A stretch of DNA of 64,000 nt from NCBI GenBank assembly GCA_965223905.1, contig CBDCXV010000001.1:1-64000 (forward strand), read 5' to 3'. This document shows positions 19,793 through 30,450 of this stretch, in pieces. Position numbers and translations under genes: made by a program. The notes beneath the pieces were generated by a model, which did not search any database, was not told the DNA's origin, and was given only the letters and a program-made list of their open reading frames with translations. Origin of the DNA: Candidatus Latescibacterota bacterium. GTDB lineage: Bacteria; Latescibacterota; UBA2968; UBA8231. The first letter of the stretch is position 1, and every line of letters starts with the position of its first letter.

Positions 19793-21101
19793 CTGTCAGT
19801 TCCTCCTTTCGCAAGACGCACCACCTGCTCGGCCCGCTCTCGATCCGACGGTCGTACGTAGACCCTGTGGCGATTTACCGTCTTCATGTTCCCGACAATT
19901 GTCGATAGTTGTGAAAGCCGTTTCACTCCGTCCCTTCCGTCAATCAGGGCGTCAGCCTCTTGCCAGTACCATGGAGCTCTGCGCCTCATCCACGAATCCG
20001 ACCATATCTGCCAAGTTCACCTGTCAGCGTTTCAAAAAACTCGAGATCCTTATCGGAAGGCACTTCTGGCGTTTCGAAGACACGCCGAAAATGCGTGCGC
20101 TCCAGCAATGCGGTCCCATGCTCACCTCCTTCGCCCTCCTTCACATGCCCCAGGACTCGCCAGTCATCCCACTCGAGGTATTCATTAAGGCTGTCGGCAT
20201 CGTTAGCATGATGGCAACAACCTCGCTCGCCCAGCTCGCTTTGTATCTTTCTCATAGCACTTCGCTGTGTAGCCATGACGCAGTGCTTGTCGTACGACCC
20301 TGCGTGTATGCTGAAAATAGACCTGCGTGAACATCATGTATCTCGCAATAATGAATGACTCTGCAACGTGCCAACCACCTTCACTTATTGCGATCCGGGG
20401 TGAGTCCGTCTCCGGATCAATCGCCAACTGCAAGACTCACCAGCATCCGTCTCGAGATCGTATTTCCCGTACTCCACTCCCGCATGGTACGCGTCGCGAA
20501 GCAAGATAGTCGGCGCGATCTGCATCCAACTGCCCCGAGATTAGTTCACGCCACACGAACTGGTGTTCAATCTCCCTCGAGTCTGCCAACTCGCCCAGTC
20601 AAGCAAGGGCAGTTACCTCATCAGCGCTGATTTGCCATAGTTGATACGTGTTAACCTGATGATTCTCGATCAGCATCCCGAAGCAGGTGCTTCACTATCG
20701 CCTGCGGTGTATCTCCTCGTGAGTCACCATCCCATCTTCTCCCATCCATTAGTTCCTCCGCAGCATGGGAAAAGGGTGCGTGTCCCACGTCGTGTGTGAG
20801 CGCAGTTATCCGAATCAACGCATGTTGGCGGTCCAGCCCTGCACGCTCGTAGCCCAGTTCACTTCAGAAGATCCGGTGAACGCTTGCAGATCTCGCTGAA
20901 CATCCTCGACGCGACATGCATTACCCCGAGGGAATGCTCGAACCGGGTATGCACGCTCCCGGGATAGACCATATCGCTCAGGCCGAGCTGGCGGATTCGC
21001 CTCAGCCTCTGGAGTGCCGGATGGTTGAGGATATCCCGTTCCCACTCGCTGATGCCGATGAAGCCGTGGATCGGGTCGCGAATCTCGTACGGAAGTTCCA
21101 T
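19789..21101 (-). pseudogene. HD-domain phosphohydrolase (YwfO/SAMHD1-like dNTP triphosphohydrolase family), multiply frameshifted
   Basis: RDPIHG, QRLRRIRQLG, HTRFEHSLG, HDVGHAPFSH, QLDADRADY and ARYMMFTQVYF are spread over several frames. Confidence 0.85.
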
Positions 21102-21290
21102 TCATTCAGTTCATGGTCGGGTTGCTGGCAAGTTCAAAGACCCGTGCTACCCTCGCAAGGATTTTGTGCCCCCAGGAGATCTTCACAGGGCTCGAAGGGG
21201 ACACCCTTCCTCGGCAGTCCATCGAGACAACCGGCCAAAAGCCCCAGGACAACCGCCAGTGCGAAAGCAAACGGCTGTCCGGTCCGACCC

Positions 21291-22127
21291 TCACCCCCGC
21301 CCAGGCCGGCGAAACCCGGCGGGAAGCCCCTGCTGGTCGTGGTCGTGGACCTTCTCCGAGAAACAGGGCCACGCCTGGCCGCCCATGTGCTCCCACTCCT
21401 CGCCGCACAGCCAGACGAGCATCTGCGCCGAAGGAACGGTGAATCCGGGAAACTCGTTGGCCGGCCAGGAAAAGCTGAAGCCGGGATCGGTTTTCCAGTC
21501 GCGGCAGGGCTCGGAGGTGCGCCAGTAGTTGTACTTGAGGTTGTTGCGGATGCCGCTGCCGGTGCTGGCGCTGCGGCGGTGCCAGATCGTGTAGCAGGTC
21601 AGGAATATGGTGCCGGCCGGCGCGATCGTGAGAAACGAGTCGCGCACGCTGCGCAGCCTGCTGAGGATGCCGCCGTAGCCCCGCTTCAGGTGGCTGCCCG
21701 GGAGTATCTCGGTCGGCCCCATCTCTCTGGGCACGTCCTCGGGGTAGTAGAACACCTGCAGGTAGTCGACCCGGGGGGTCAGCAGCGAGCCGCCGTCCTG
21801 GTGCCAGTTGAGGGCCGGCGCCGGGCACTCGACCCGGTGGTTGGCCATCAGCGCCGGCAGCACGAAGTCCTTCCCGAGAAGGGAGCGCACCGCCCCGGCC
21901 GCCTCCGGGTTGCGGATCACCCCTTGGGCGAACCAGTCCTCGTCGAGGATCTCCGACGGCTCCGGGGAGTCGTGCTCGTCGAGGAACTCTACGGTGCGGC
22001 GGTTGACCTCGTCCGGGACCACCTCCTCGAGCATCGCGTAGCCCCTTCTGCAGAAATCCATCACCTGCCGGTCGTCGAGGGTGGGCGGGCAGTCCCAGGT
22101 CTCGCCGGCGACCACGGCGCCGTTCAT
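21291..22127 (-). CDS. PhyH-like dioxygenase
   Basis: C-terminal part of ORF 21291..24524: WHQDG, MGPTEILPGSH and IWHRR. Confidence 0.8.
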   Translation of the reverse strand: MNGAVVAGETWDCPPTLDDRQVMDFCRRGYAMLEEVVPDEVNRRTVEFLDEHDSPEPSEILDEDWFAQGVIRNPEAAGAVRSLLGKDFVLPALMANHRVECPAPALNWHQDGGSLLTPRVDYLQVFYYPEDVPREMGPTEILPGSHLKRGYGGILSRLRSVRDSFLTIAPAGTIFLTCYTIWHRRSASTGSGIRNNLKYNYWRTSEPCRDWKTDPGFSFSWPANEFPGFTVPSAQMLVWLCGEEWEHMGGQAWPCFSEKVHDHDQQGLPAGFRRPGRG

Positions 22128-22480
22128 TTCTCGAGTATGAATTCCCATTTCATGCCCCCGTAGTCGGGATCGAGGTAGGCCAGGGCCATCTCGGGAAACT
22201 TGACGATGCGCCAGCCGTCGCTCATCGCCTCGAGGATGGTCTTGTAGGGCCAGTCCTCCGGGTCGTCCGGCGCGTCGTGCACCACCGCGTCGTCGACGAT
22301 GGCCATGCCGATGACGGGAGACTCGAGGTCGGTGGTGTGGGTCTGGAGATAGAGCAGCCGCTGTACTGCCGGGGAGCGGTCCTGTTTCAGCCGGGCGAGG
22401 GCCTGCTCGAGGTCGGCCGGGGTGAGCGCCCCCCGCTTGAGCTGCCCCAGCCACTGCGAAACCTGGGCGGCGTCGATCAT
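22124..22480 (-). CDS. Conserved hypothetical protein, overlapping the PhyH-like gene start
   Basis: QRLLYL...WPYKTILEAMSDGWRIVKFP...EFILEK, with a 4-nt stop/start overlap. Confidence 0.7.
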   Translation of the reverse strand: MIDAAQVSQWLGQLKRGALTPADLEQALARLKQDRSPAVQRLLYLQTHTTDLESPVIGMAIVDDAVVHDAPDDPEDWPYKTILEAMSDGWRIVKFPEMALAYLDPDYGGMKWEFILEK

Positions 22481-22632
22481 GGTCTTCGTTGGTTTGTTCC
22501 GAGGGAGGTTCGCAGGATGCTAACGCACCATCCGGAAGGCGGCAAGCAAACGCCTGCGCCTGTGGGCCGGCGGGACAGGTTATCCCAGGGTACGGCACTC
22601 TTTCGGATCGGCTACGGCCCCGGGGAAATCCC

Positions 22633-24524
22633 TCAAGGCTGAAACGGCACCGGGATCCTGCCACCGTGCCACGGGAAGGCGTAGCCCGGCCGGTTGGCGA
22701 AACGGCGCAGCCCGATCTCGGAGGCGGATGCCGGTCTCCGGGGGGAGCCGCACCGCGAGGTGTCTGGAGTTTACTGCCAGCGGCCGGCCGGCCTCCGCAT
22801 CGCCGCCGGCCAGATCGGTGAACCTGTGCTCCCCGAAGGCGCCGGCCTGCACAACGAGATTGCGCATCTCGGCCCCCGTGTTCACCAGCTGCAGCCCCAC
22901 CCGCTCCGCCTCGAGCAGATCGACGAAAGCGGCGACGTCCTTCCGGCAGGCCGGGGCGGCGGGCGTCGGCGTCGAAGTGACGGACCGTCGACCGCAGCAG
23001 GCCGCCGTTGTAGATGCTGTGCGGCGACCCCGTCGTCATCTGCGTCAGTCCCTTGGTCACCACGGGATTGGGTGGATTCAGGTTCTCCTCGACAATGGCC
23101 TCGACGCCGCGGCTGTCGGCGCGGATCGCCTCCGCGGTTTCCTGCACGTAGCGCAGCTCTCCCCGCATCACCTGCACCGGCCAGTCGGGATTGCGGCCGT
23201 CGTAGTACTGGAAGCGGGAGTACTCGGAGTCTCCCTCGCGGTTGTTCTTCTCCCCGAACGAGTCGAGCCGGTTCCAGTCTCCCTGCCGGTCTCCGGCGCG
23301 CAGCCGCTCGATCAGCTCGTAGTCGCGCCGGTCCATCGACGCGTGCCAGAGGTGGGCGGCGTCGACAATGCGGAAGCGCTGGAAGTGGTACCAGCCGTCC
23401 GGGCCGTAGCGATGGGGCAGCAGGAGCTGGCCGTCGCCGTCGCTGACGGCGTTGTCGAACAGCAGCCGCAACTGCGAGCGCAGGACATCGAGGTATCCGT
23501 AGTCCCCGCTCAGCAACAGGGCGCACTCGGCGCCGACGATGGTGCCGTTGAGCATGATCCGGGGGGAGAAGCGGCTGTTCCATCCGTAGTACCCGCCCCA
23601 CCACTGGCCGCCGCGGTTTTCGCCGATCTCCCCGGTGGGCCCGACGTTGTCCGGCATGATGCCGCGGTTCTTCCGCATCCGCTCGATCCAGGCCTCGACG
23701 TAGCCGAGCACCCACTGCCGGTACTTCTCGTCGCCGGTGTAGAGATAGGCGTTGGTCACCAGGGCGGTGGCCGCCATGTTCTGGGGGACGTCGCCGTCGA
23801 GCACGACCTCGCCGGCGAGGCGGACGATCTCGGCGCGGCGCTGCGGATCGCGGTCCCAGTCCAGCTCGAGCTCCCCGACGTGAGGGTGGAGGCTCGCCCG
23901 TACCCCGTAGAACCGCTCCTTCTCCCAGTCCCTGCCGGTGAGCAGCGTCTTTGCCAGGTGCCGGTCGGCCTGCAGCCGGGGGCCGCGGCTGGTCGTCACC
24001 GGGGAGCGCAGGATGCGGTGCCGGCGATCGTAGTTGGGTGCCCGGGGATCTTCCCCGGTGAACATGGCGGCGAAGCCGCGGGCGCGGCGGACGTTCTCCG
24101 AGATCGCGGGGGAAGCGACGCCGAAGTCGTAGAACAGCATGTTCCCCTCGCTCTGGTGGTGCCACTCGGTGTCGTTGTAGTACTCGTTGTGAAGCTGCTG
24201 TCCGAATCGCGGATGCCTGCGGCTGACGATGCCGTCGTCGCAGAACCGCGTGACCGCGTTGTACTCCTGCAGCGCCAAGGTCAGCAGCTCCTCGCGGCCG
24301 CCGAGGGCGTAGAACAGGCCCCAGTTGTAGAACATCTCGTACAGGTCGTCGACGTCGTCCGCGTAGTACGGGACGCCCCCGGGCTCGGTGTACTTCTCGA
24401 GATGGAGCGGCGCGGCCTCGTTGACGGCGTCGATCAGCCGCCGCTGCAGGACCGCCCACTCCGGCGCCGGACCCTTCCGGGACGCCGTAACCGAGACCAG
24501 GCCCCCGTCTGCGGTTCTGATCAT
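22633..24524 (-). pseudogene. Large conserved hypothetical protein (Trp/Tyr-rich) with two 3' frameshifts
   Basis: DDLYEMFYNW, EWHHQSEG and WWGGYYGW. The C-terminus is rebuilt across frames (NLVVQAGAFGEHRF; RFANRPGYAFPW...*). Confidence 0.7.
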
Positions 24525-24594
24525 CTGCGTGTTTCCTCTATCAACGCGTGTGCCATCGCTTCGGACCTGGGCATGCTCGAGACCGCCCGCCGCC

Positions 24595-25404
24595 CTACCT
24601 CGTCATCCGGTGGGAGGTGAACCAGCGCAGCAGCCGCTCCTGCAGCGACTGTCGCGTCTCGCGGTGGGCCTCGTCGTCGAACAGGTTGTGCAGCTCGCCA
24701 GCGCCGACTCCGGCGCTTCGAAGGGATCGTACGGGCTCCCCGTACGGCCTGTCGATGTAGAACACCAGCCTGTCGAACTCCCGGGTGCGCACCATGTAGT
24801 CCGCAGCCCGGCGGCCGGTGAAGTTGTCGGAAAAGAGCTCGCTCGGCGTGAAGCGGCTCAGGTGGTCCGCCCTCCAGGCAGTCGAGCGCCAGTCGGGAGC
24901 GGTCCGGTAGTAGCGCGGCGCCGGAAGGGGATCGAGGCCGTGCGCAGTCGAGGCAGAGGTCGAAGTCCCCAGGATCGGGATCAGCTCGACCAGGCGGGTC
25001 GCGGCAGTTCCCGTTCTCGCCGCACCATCCGGGGCCGGCGAAGACGCAGGGGAACGCGCACCACCGGGTCGTAGTGGCACCAGAACTTGTAGACGCCGAC
25101 GGTCGTGGTCCCCCAGGCACGTCGCGCAGCTGATCGCTGGTGAATGCGATCAGGGTGGTTGTCGAGCTGCCCGCGCGCACTCCTGGTTCTCCTCGACGCC
25201 GTGGGCGTGCACGTAGCGGGCCGAGACGATGCTGTTGCGGGAAGGGCCGCAGACCGCGCCCTGGACGAAGGCGTGGCTGAAGGCGGCGCCGCGCGCCGCC
25301 AGGCGGTCGAGATGGGGGGTGATCATGTGCGGGTACCCGTAGCAGCCGAGGGTGTCCCAGCGCTGCTGGTCGCTCATGATCAGGAGGATGTTGGGTCTGT
25401 CCAC
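24595..25404 (-). pseudogene. Sulfatase remnant (internally deleted and frameshifted)
   Basis: PNILLIMSDQQR, TPHLDRLA and the CGPSR (CxPxR) formylglycine motif. C-terminal MVRT...ELHNL is in another frame. Confidence 0.85.
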
Positions 25405-25416
25405 GAGGCCGCCGGC

Positions 25417-26742
25417 CTACAGGTCGATCTTCTCGAACTGGGGCAGCCACTTCCGGTTCTTGCGGAACATCTCCTTCACCATGTCGCGCGCCTCGGCCAG
25501 CGACAGCTTCGCCGCGGTCAGCGGATCGTGGGCGATCGCCTGGTAGACGAGCCCGGCGTCTCCCTTGAGGCAGCCTTCGACCGCCATCATCTCGATCTGG
25601 GCGCTGAGGCCGGTGAGCATGGCGCACTGCGGCGGCAGGCTGCCGACGCGGATCGGCTCGAACCCCTTGCGGCTGGCGACCACCGGCACCTCGACGCAGG
25701 CGCCCTGGGGCAGGTTGTCGACCAGCCCGTCGTTGGCGACGTTGCCGTTGAACTCGTAGATCTCCCCGCCCATGCGCGCGTTGATGATCGAGGCCGCGTA
25801 CTCGTGGCCGCGTTCGAGCGGCACCTCGTCCTGGGCCAGCCAGTCGCGGACCGACTGCTTCCACGTCTTCTCCCGCTCGCGGTACACATCGAGGATGTAG
25901 GCGTAGCGCCCGGGGTTCCAGCCGGTGCCGCCGGTGCAGTAGCGCTCGATGAGATCGGGCCGCTTGCGGAACCACCAGTTGTATTCCGAGTTGTGGCCGC
26001 TCGACTCGGTGACGTAGCGGCCCAGCGCCAGGAACATCTCGTTGCGGACCTGCTCATGGTCGTACACCGCCCTGTCGGCCGTCACGACCTTCCTCAGCTC
26101 CGGGTAGAGGTCGCGGCCGCGGTGCTGCAGCCTGAGGTACCAGGCCATGTGGTTGATCCCGGCGCACTGGTAGTCCATCTCCCCCGGCGCCAGGCCGAGC
26201 CAGCGCTCGAGCATGGCCGCGGTGCCCTGCACCGAGTGGCACAGGCCGGTCAGCTCGATCGAGGTCTCCCGCTGCATGGCGTGGCACAGCATCGCCATCG
26301 GGTTGGTGTAGTTGAGCATGATCGCCCGCGGGCAGAGCTCCTCCATGTCGCGCGCTATCGCCACCATTTCCGGGATCGTGCGCAGGGCGCGGAAGATGCC
26401 GCTGGGGCCGCGGGTGTCCCCGATGTTGGTGTCGATGCCGTACTTCTTGGGGATGAGGATGTCGTGCTGCCAGACGCTGGTGGCGCCGCGCAGGATGGTG
26501 ACGCAGACGGCGTCCGCCCCCGCCAGGGCTTCGCGCCGGTCCGTCGTGGTGGTCACCCTGGCCCCGTACCCGCCCTGGGCGATCAGCTTGTCGCAGGCGC
26601 GGCGCGCGAAGTCGAGCCGCTGCTTGACGATGTCGACGAGGGCGATCTCGGAGTCCTCGAGACGCTCGAAGGTGAGCAGATCGCGGACCAGGTTGCGGGT
26701 GAAGCCGAAGCTTCCGGCTCCGATGAAGACGACCTTTGCCAT
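25417..26742 (-). CDS. melA: GH4 alpha-galactosidase
   Basis: [38 protein letters not shown] and AGINH. Confidence 0.9.
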   Translation of the reverse strand: MAKVVFIGAGSFGFTRNLVRDLLTFERLEDSEIALVDIVKQRLDFARRACDKLIAQGGYGARVTTTTDRREALAGADAVCVTILRGATSVWQHDILIPKKYGIDTNIGDTRGPSGIFRALRTIPEMVAIARDMEELCPRAIMLNYTNPMAMLCHAMQRETSIELTGLCHSVQGTAAMLERWLGLAPGEMDYQCAGINHMAWYLRLQHRGRDLYPELRKVVTADRAVYDHEQVRNEMFLALGRYVTESSGHNSEYNWWFRKRPDLIERYCTGGTGWNPGRYAYILDVYREREKTWKQSVRDWLAQDEVPLERGHEYAASIINARMGGEIYEFNGNVANDGLVDNLPQGACVEVPVVASRKGFEPIRVGSLPPQCAMLTGLSAQIEMMAVEGCLKGDAGLVYQAIAHDPLTAAKLSLAEARDMVKEMFRKNRKWLPQFEKIDL

Positions 26743-26798
26743 TGCAGATTCTCCAATCTGATTTGTGGAGGCGGATGCAGCGGCCAGCCCCCTGAGCA

Positions 26799-29231
26799 CT
26801 ACCGCCGCTCGGCCCCGACCGGCCCGAAGTCGAAACGGGCCAGGCTAACTCCGGCGCTCCAGCCGGGCCGGTCAAGCCGCCGGGTCAGGTCGAGGCGCAG
26901 CAAATTGTACAGTATCAGGGAAGCCCCCGCCTCGTGGCGGAAGCCGTCCCTGTAGCGCGGATCGTACCCCAGCCCGGCCAGCCGCTCCGGGTCGATCCAC
27001 GTCCTCCCCGAGGCCCCGTGCACCACCAGCCCGGTGCCGCGCATGGCCCACTGCCACAGCCCCAGCAGCTCGAAGGGGGTGCTCTTGAAGTTGTGCTCCC
27101 AGTACAGGGCGGCGTACCGCTCCCCCTCGAAAGGGTGGCCGCGCACCGTGCGGAAGGCGTCGAAGGGGGAGAAGAAGGCCATGCCGGCCTCCAGCGCCCC
27201 GAAGCGCTGCAAGGGCAGCTCGCCGAGGGAGTACCCCGCCACCAGCCTGACGTCGAGGGCGTTGGGTGCCGAGCGGCGTCTGAGGAAGGTCTTGAAATGC
27301 CCGTCGAGGACCAGGCGCACCCGGGTGAAGGAGAAGTCGCCCCCCAGGCCCTCGGAGCCGTGCTCCACCCTCCCTTCAACCCGGCGGTTGGCGGTCAGAC
27401 CGAACGGACGGTACGGCCCGCCCCACGCGAACCCCGCCTCCAGCGAGCGCAGCCGCCCTTCCTCGATCGCCGGATTGGGGCGGCTCCAGTCCCGGCCCAG
27501 CAGGTTGAAAGCGGCCGTCTCCTGCAGGGAGGTATGCGCCTCGACGTTGAAGCCGAGCTCCAGGCCGATCCGGCGCGGCAGCGAAAGCCCGGCCCGGTAG
27601 CCCAGGCCTTCCCTCCAGTAGTAGTCGAAGTAGTCGTCGAGCCCCAGCAGACTCTGGGCGCTGTTGAGCAGCAGGGGATAGCTGTCCGAGGGGATGCGGG
27701 GGACCGGGCCTCTCCCGTACTCCATCGCGGCCCGGCCCGGACCCCGGCGCCATTCGATGCTGCCTGCCCAAGAGACCCGTTTCAGCCCGGCTTCGTAGCC
27801 GGCGCCGGCGGCCGCCTCCAGGCCGCCTCCCAGATCCCGGCGCCCCTCGAGCCCGAGGTGCGCTCCCGCCACCCGGTCGTAGCGCAGCTCCGGGTTCAGG
27901 CCGGCAAGTCCCGGTAGGCGGGACCGCCCCTCCCGCTTCTCCGTCCCCGGCCGGACGGGTCGCTCCTCCGGGGGCTCGCTTCCCTTCTTTCCAGGCTCCG
28001 GCACCAGGAAGCGGGCGAGAAACCCGGTGGGCCGGAAGGCCCGCTCGAAGCGCAGGGTGCTGTCGATGGCGGCATACGCCGTCTCTTCCCGCGCCGACAG
28101 GGGCACCTTGTCGGCCAGCCGCGCAAAGGAGCTGTCCTGCGCCACCGCCAGGGAGTCGACCCGCAGGACCTCCTCCCCGGCATACAGCGAATCCGGCATA
28201 TCGACGTTGACCTCGTACTCCCCGAGCCGCGTCACCAGGTTGAACCTCGCCGCGGGGAAATGCAGCCCCACCACGCCGACCTTCACCTTCATGGAAGCCC
28301 GGTAGTCGACCGGCAGCCACACCCCTTCGGCAAAGCCGCGGAACTGCTGGCGCCAGGCGATTTCCATCTGCTCGATCACGGGCAGGGGAACAGCCGAGGT
28401 CACCGACGCCCGGCTCGGCGCCAGCTCCGCCTCGAGCAGGGCGAATTCCCCGTCCAGCACGGAGACGCGGCCGGCCAGGGCGGACTGCAGCCTGTTCCTC
28501 GGCTCGACCGAGATGTCGAACACCACCCGGTCGTCGAGATAGCGCCGGCCCAGCAGGCGGAAACGGTACTGCTCGAGGGCATCCGGATGGGTGGGACCGA
28601 TCAGGCTGTGGCCGATGAAGGGGATATCGTCGTCGTAGAAGTTGGCGAACCCCTGCAGGGCGGAGACGTATCCCGCTTCGGGGCCCTGGTTGCGGGTCAC
28701 GCGCCGGGACTTGACCACCTCGCGCAACCCCCGCTCCCGGTCCCAGTAGATCTCGGAGGCCAGCTCGCCGATCAGGACGATCTCCTCCTCGTTTTCGAGA
28801 ACCCGCCGGGTGTAGGCCTGGGCCCGGTAACTGGCCAGCGCGGGCCGCCACGCCTGCTTGCGGCGGATGACCTCGCGCATGATGCGCACGGCCGGGTCCT
28901 CCGCGGTCACCACCACCGGCTCGAAGCGGAAGGGGACCGGAGTCAGGACGAAATCGACCCGCCCCGGGGCCGCGTTCAGGACGCTGTCCCGGGAGACGTA
29001 GCCGATACAGGTCACCTTCAAGGCAGCGGGAAACCGCCGCACTTCGAGCAGGTACTCCCCCTCGTCGTTGGCTACGGTCCCGCGGTAGGTGCCGGTCAGC
29101 TGCACGGTAGCCGCGGCCAGGGGCTGCCCGCTGGCCGCGTCGAGGACGGTGCCGCGCACCAGCCAGGGCTGGGCATGAGCACCGGCAACCGACCAGATCG
29201 CGGCGAGGAGGGCCAGTCGGAAAGTCCTCAT
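26799..29231 (-). CDS. CarboxypepD_reg-like + DUF5686 outer-membrane protein
   Basis: Signal peptide, [19 protein letters not shown]...[12 protein letters not shown], and a beta-barrel-like C-terminus. Confidence 0.75.
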   Translation of the reverse strand: MRTFRLALLAAIWSVAGAHAQPWLVRGTVLDAASGQPLAAATVQLTGTYRGTVANDEGEYLLEVRRFPAALKVTCIGYVSRDSVLNAAPGRVDFVLTPVPFRFEPVVVTAEDPAVRIMREVIRRKQAWRPALASYRAQAYTRRVLENEEEIVLIGELASEIYWDRERGLREVVKSRRVTRNQGPEAGYVSALQGFANFYDDDIPFIGHSLIGPTHPDALEQYRFRLLGRRYLDDRVVFDISVEPRNRLQSALAGRVSVLDGEFALLEAELAPSRASVTSAVPLPVIEQMEIAWRQQFRGFAEGVWLPVDYRASMKVKVGVVGLHFPAARFNLVTRLGEYEVNVDMPDSLYAGEEVLRVDSLAVAQDSSFARLADKVPLSAREETAYAAIDSTLRFERAFRPTGFLARFLVPEPGKKGSEPPEERPVRPGTEKREGRSRLPGLAGLNPELRYDRVAGAHLGLEGRRDLGGGLEAAAGAGYEAGLKRVSWAGSIEWRRGPGRAAMEYGRGPVPRIPSDSYPLLLNSAQSLLGLDDYFDYYWREGLGYRAGLSLPRRIGLELGFNVEAHTSLQETAAFNLLGRDWSRPNPAIEEGRLRSLEAGFAWGGPYRPFGLTANRRVEGRVEHGSEGLGGDFSFTRVRLVLDGHFKTFLRRRSAPNALDVRLVAGYSLGELPLQRFGALEAGMAFFSPFDAFRTVRGHPFEGERYAALYWEHNFKSTPFELLGLWQWAMRGTGLVVHGASGRTWIDPERLAGLGYDPRYRDGFRHEAGASLILYNLLRLDLTRRLDRPGWSAGVSLARFDFGPVGAERR

Positions 29232-29525
29232 CCCCGGTCTTTCCGAGTCAAGACCAGGAAGCTGGTCTCACCGGTGCCTGCGCGCACAATTCCGCGTGAA
29301 TCCGGCTGCTTACTTACGCGCGCCGGCACCAGGGGAAGGCTGTCCATGAATCCATCCGGGGTTGGCGGTTCCAAATCCACACCTGGCCGCGAGCGGGCCC
29401 ATGCGCCGGGACCCGGCCAGTGGCCGCGATGACGTTGCGGGCAGGGGGATCTTGCGGGAGTATTCCGCCGACCGCCGGGTGAGCCGTTCATCCGCTGCAA
29501 CCAAACCTACCAGGAGAAAACCGGA

Positions 29526-29864
29526 ATGTATTCGATTTTCGTCACCATCGACGTCAAGCCGGAACATGTCGAGGAGTTCACGCAGGCCAGCTTCGGAGAC
29601 GCCCGGGGCTCGGTCCGGGACGAGCCCGGCTGCTTCCGGTTCGACATCAACCAGGACCAGGAAGTCCCCAGCCGCTTCTACCTGTACGAAGTCTACCGCG
29701 ACGAAGAGGCGTTTCAGGCCCACCTCGAAGCGCCGCACTTCAAGGAGTGGATCGGCATCGTCAAGCCGATGCTCGCCGGCGAGATCGAGAAGGTGTCGAT
29801 GAACACGGTGTTCCCCTCCGACTCGGGGTGGGAGCAGCAGAAAGCCGGGCTTGTGAACTGGTAG
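29526..29864 (+). CDS. ABM-family putative quinol monooxygenase (LsrG-like)
   Basis: EPGCFRFD...FYLYEVY....FQAHLEAPHF. RBS AGGAG. Confidence 0.85.
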   Translation: MYSIFVTIDVKPEHVEEFTQASFGDARGSVRDEPGCFRFDINQDQEVPSRFYLYEVYRDEEAFQAHLEAPHFKEWIGIVKPMLAGEIEKVSMNTVFPSDSGWEQQKAGLVNW

Positions 29865-30117
29865 CGATCCGCTGCCTTGAGGTTGCCGCCCCGGAAGGCC
29901 GCCGAAAGCCGCCTCGGCAAGCGGAGCTTCCCGGTATGGAGGATCGCCCCCCTTGGCTGGCAGGCCAGGCGTCCCGAACGCCGGTAACTCCGCAAAAACC
30001 AAACCGGTACCGGCCCCGGGCTTCAGACCATCTCTCTCCGTTATCGGAGAATTGTGGCAATGCATGCAGGGGGCAGGGACTCCGTGGAGATTACGGGACT
30101 TCGGGGGAAATACTCCC

Positions 30118-30185
30118 GGCCGGTGGAGATCGACGAGGCGTATTTCGGGGCCGGGAATCCAACAAGCATCCCGGCAAGAAGCGGA
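30118..30185 (+). mobile_element. IS1595-family transposase remnant
   Basis: PVEIDEAYFG followed (frameshift) by GRESNKHPGKKR matches the IS1595 VEvDEtYvGG...NkH motif. Confidence 0.6.
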
Positions 30186-30263
30186 GTCTGAACGGCCTAT
30201 GCGACGAGTGGGACCCGCAGGCTCTTGCTCCCCTCGCTTCTCAAAATGCACTATCTTACCGAA

Positions 30264-30291
30264 CCTAGCGTGCTAGGCCCTGTGCTACAGT
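30264..30291 (+). promoter_or_regulatory. Putative retron promoter (extended -10) with upstream palindrome
   Basis: TGcTACAGT at 30283-30291, about 10 nt before the ncRNA. CCTAGC-gt-GCTAGG palindrome at 30264-30277. Confidence 0.35.
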
Positions 30292-30300
30292 CACCAAGGA

Positions 30301-30429
30301 CTCACCGGTAGATTTTGTGCCATGTTTCGTGGCATTTGAAACAAATGTCGGAGAGTATGCGACTCGCATCGCAGTCCGTATTGTGCATGCCAACCGTTTC
30401 CATGACTATCGCGTAGGAGTACCGGTGAG
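30301..30429 (+). ncRNA. Retron msr-msd ncRNA
   Basis: Perfect inverted repeat CTCACCGGTA (30301-30310) / TACCGGTGAG (30420-30429). G30311 directly follows the 5' arm. Internal hairpins present; ends 21 nt upstream of the RT. Confidence 0.8.
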
Positions 30430-30450
30430 GCGCTTTTTTACTCGTGACGC

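Noticed and set aside
21291-24524. 1077-aa ORF as a single fusion protein
   Set aside because: A frameshift joins the large hypothetical gene to the PhyH-like gene through non-coding-like sequence that overlaps a separate real gene.
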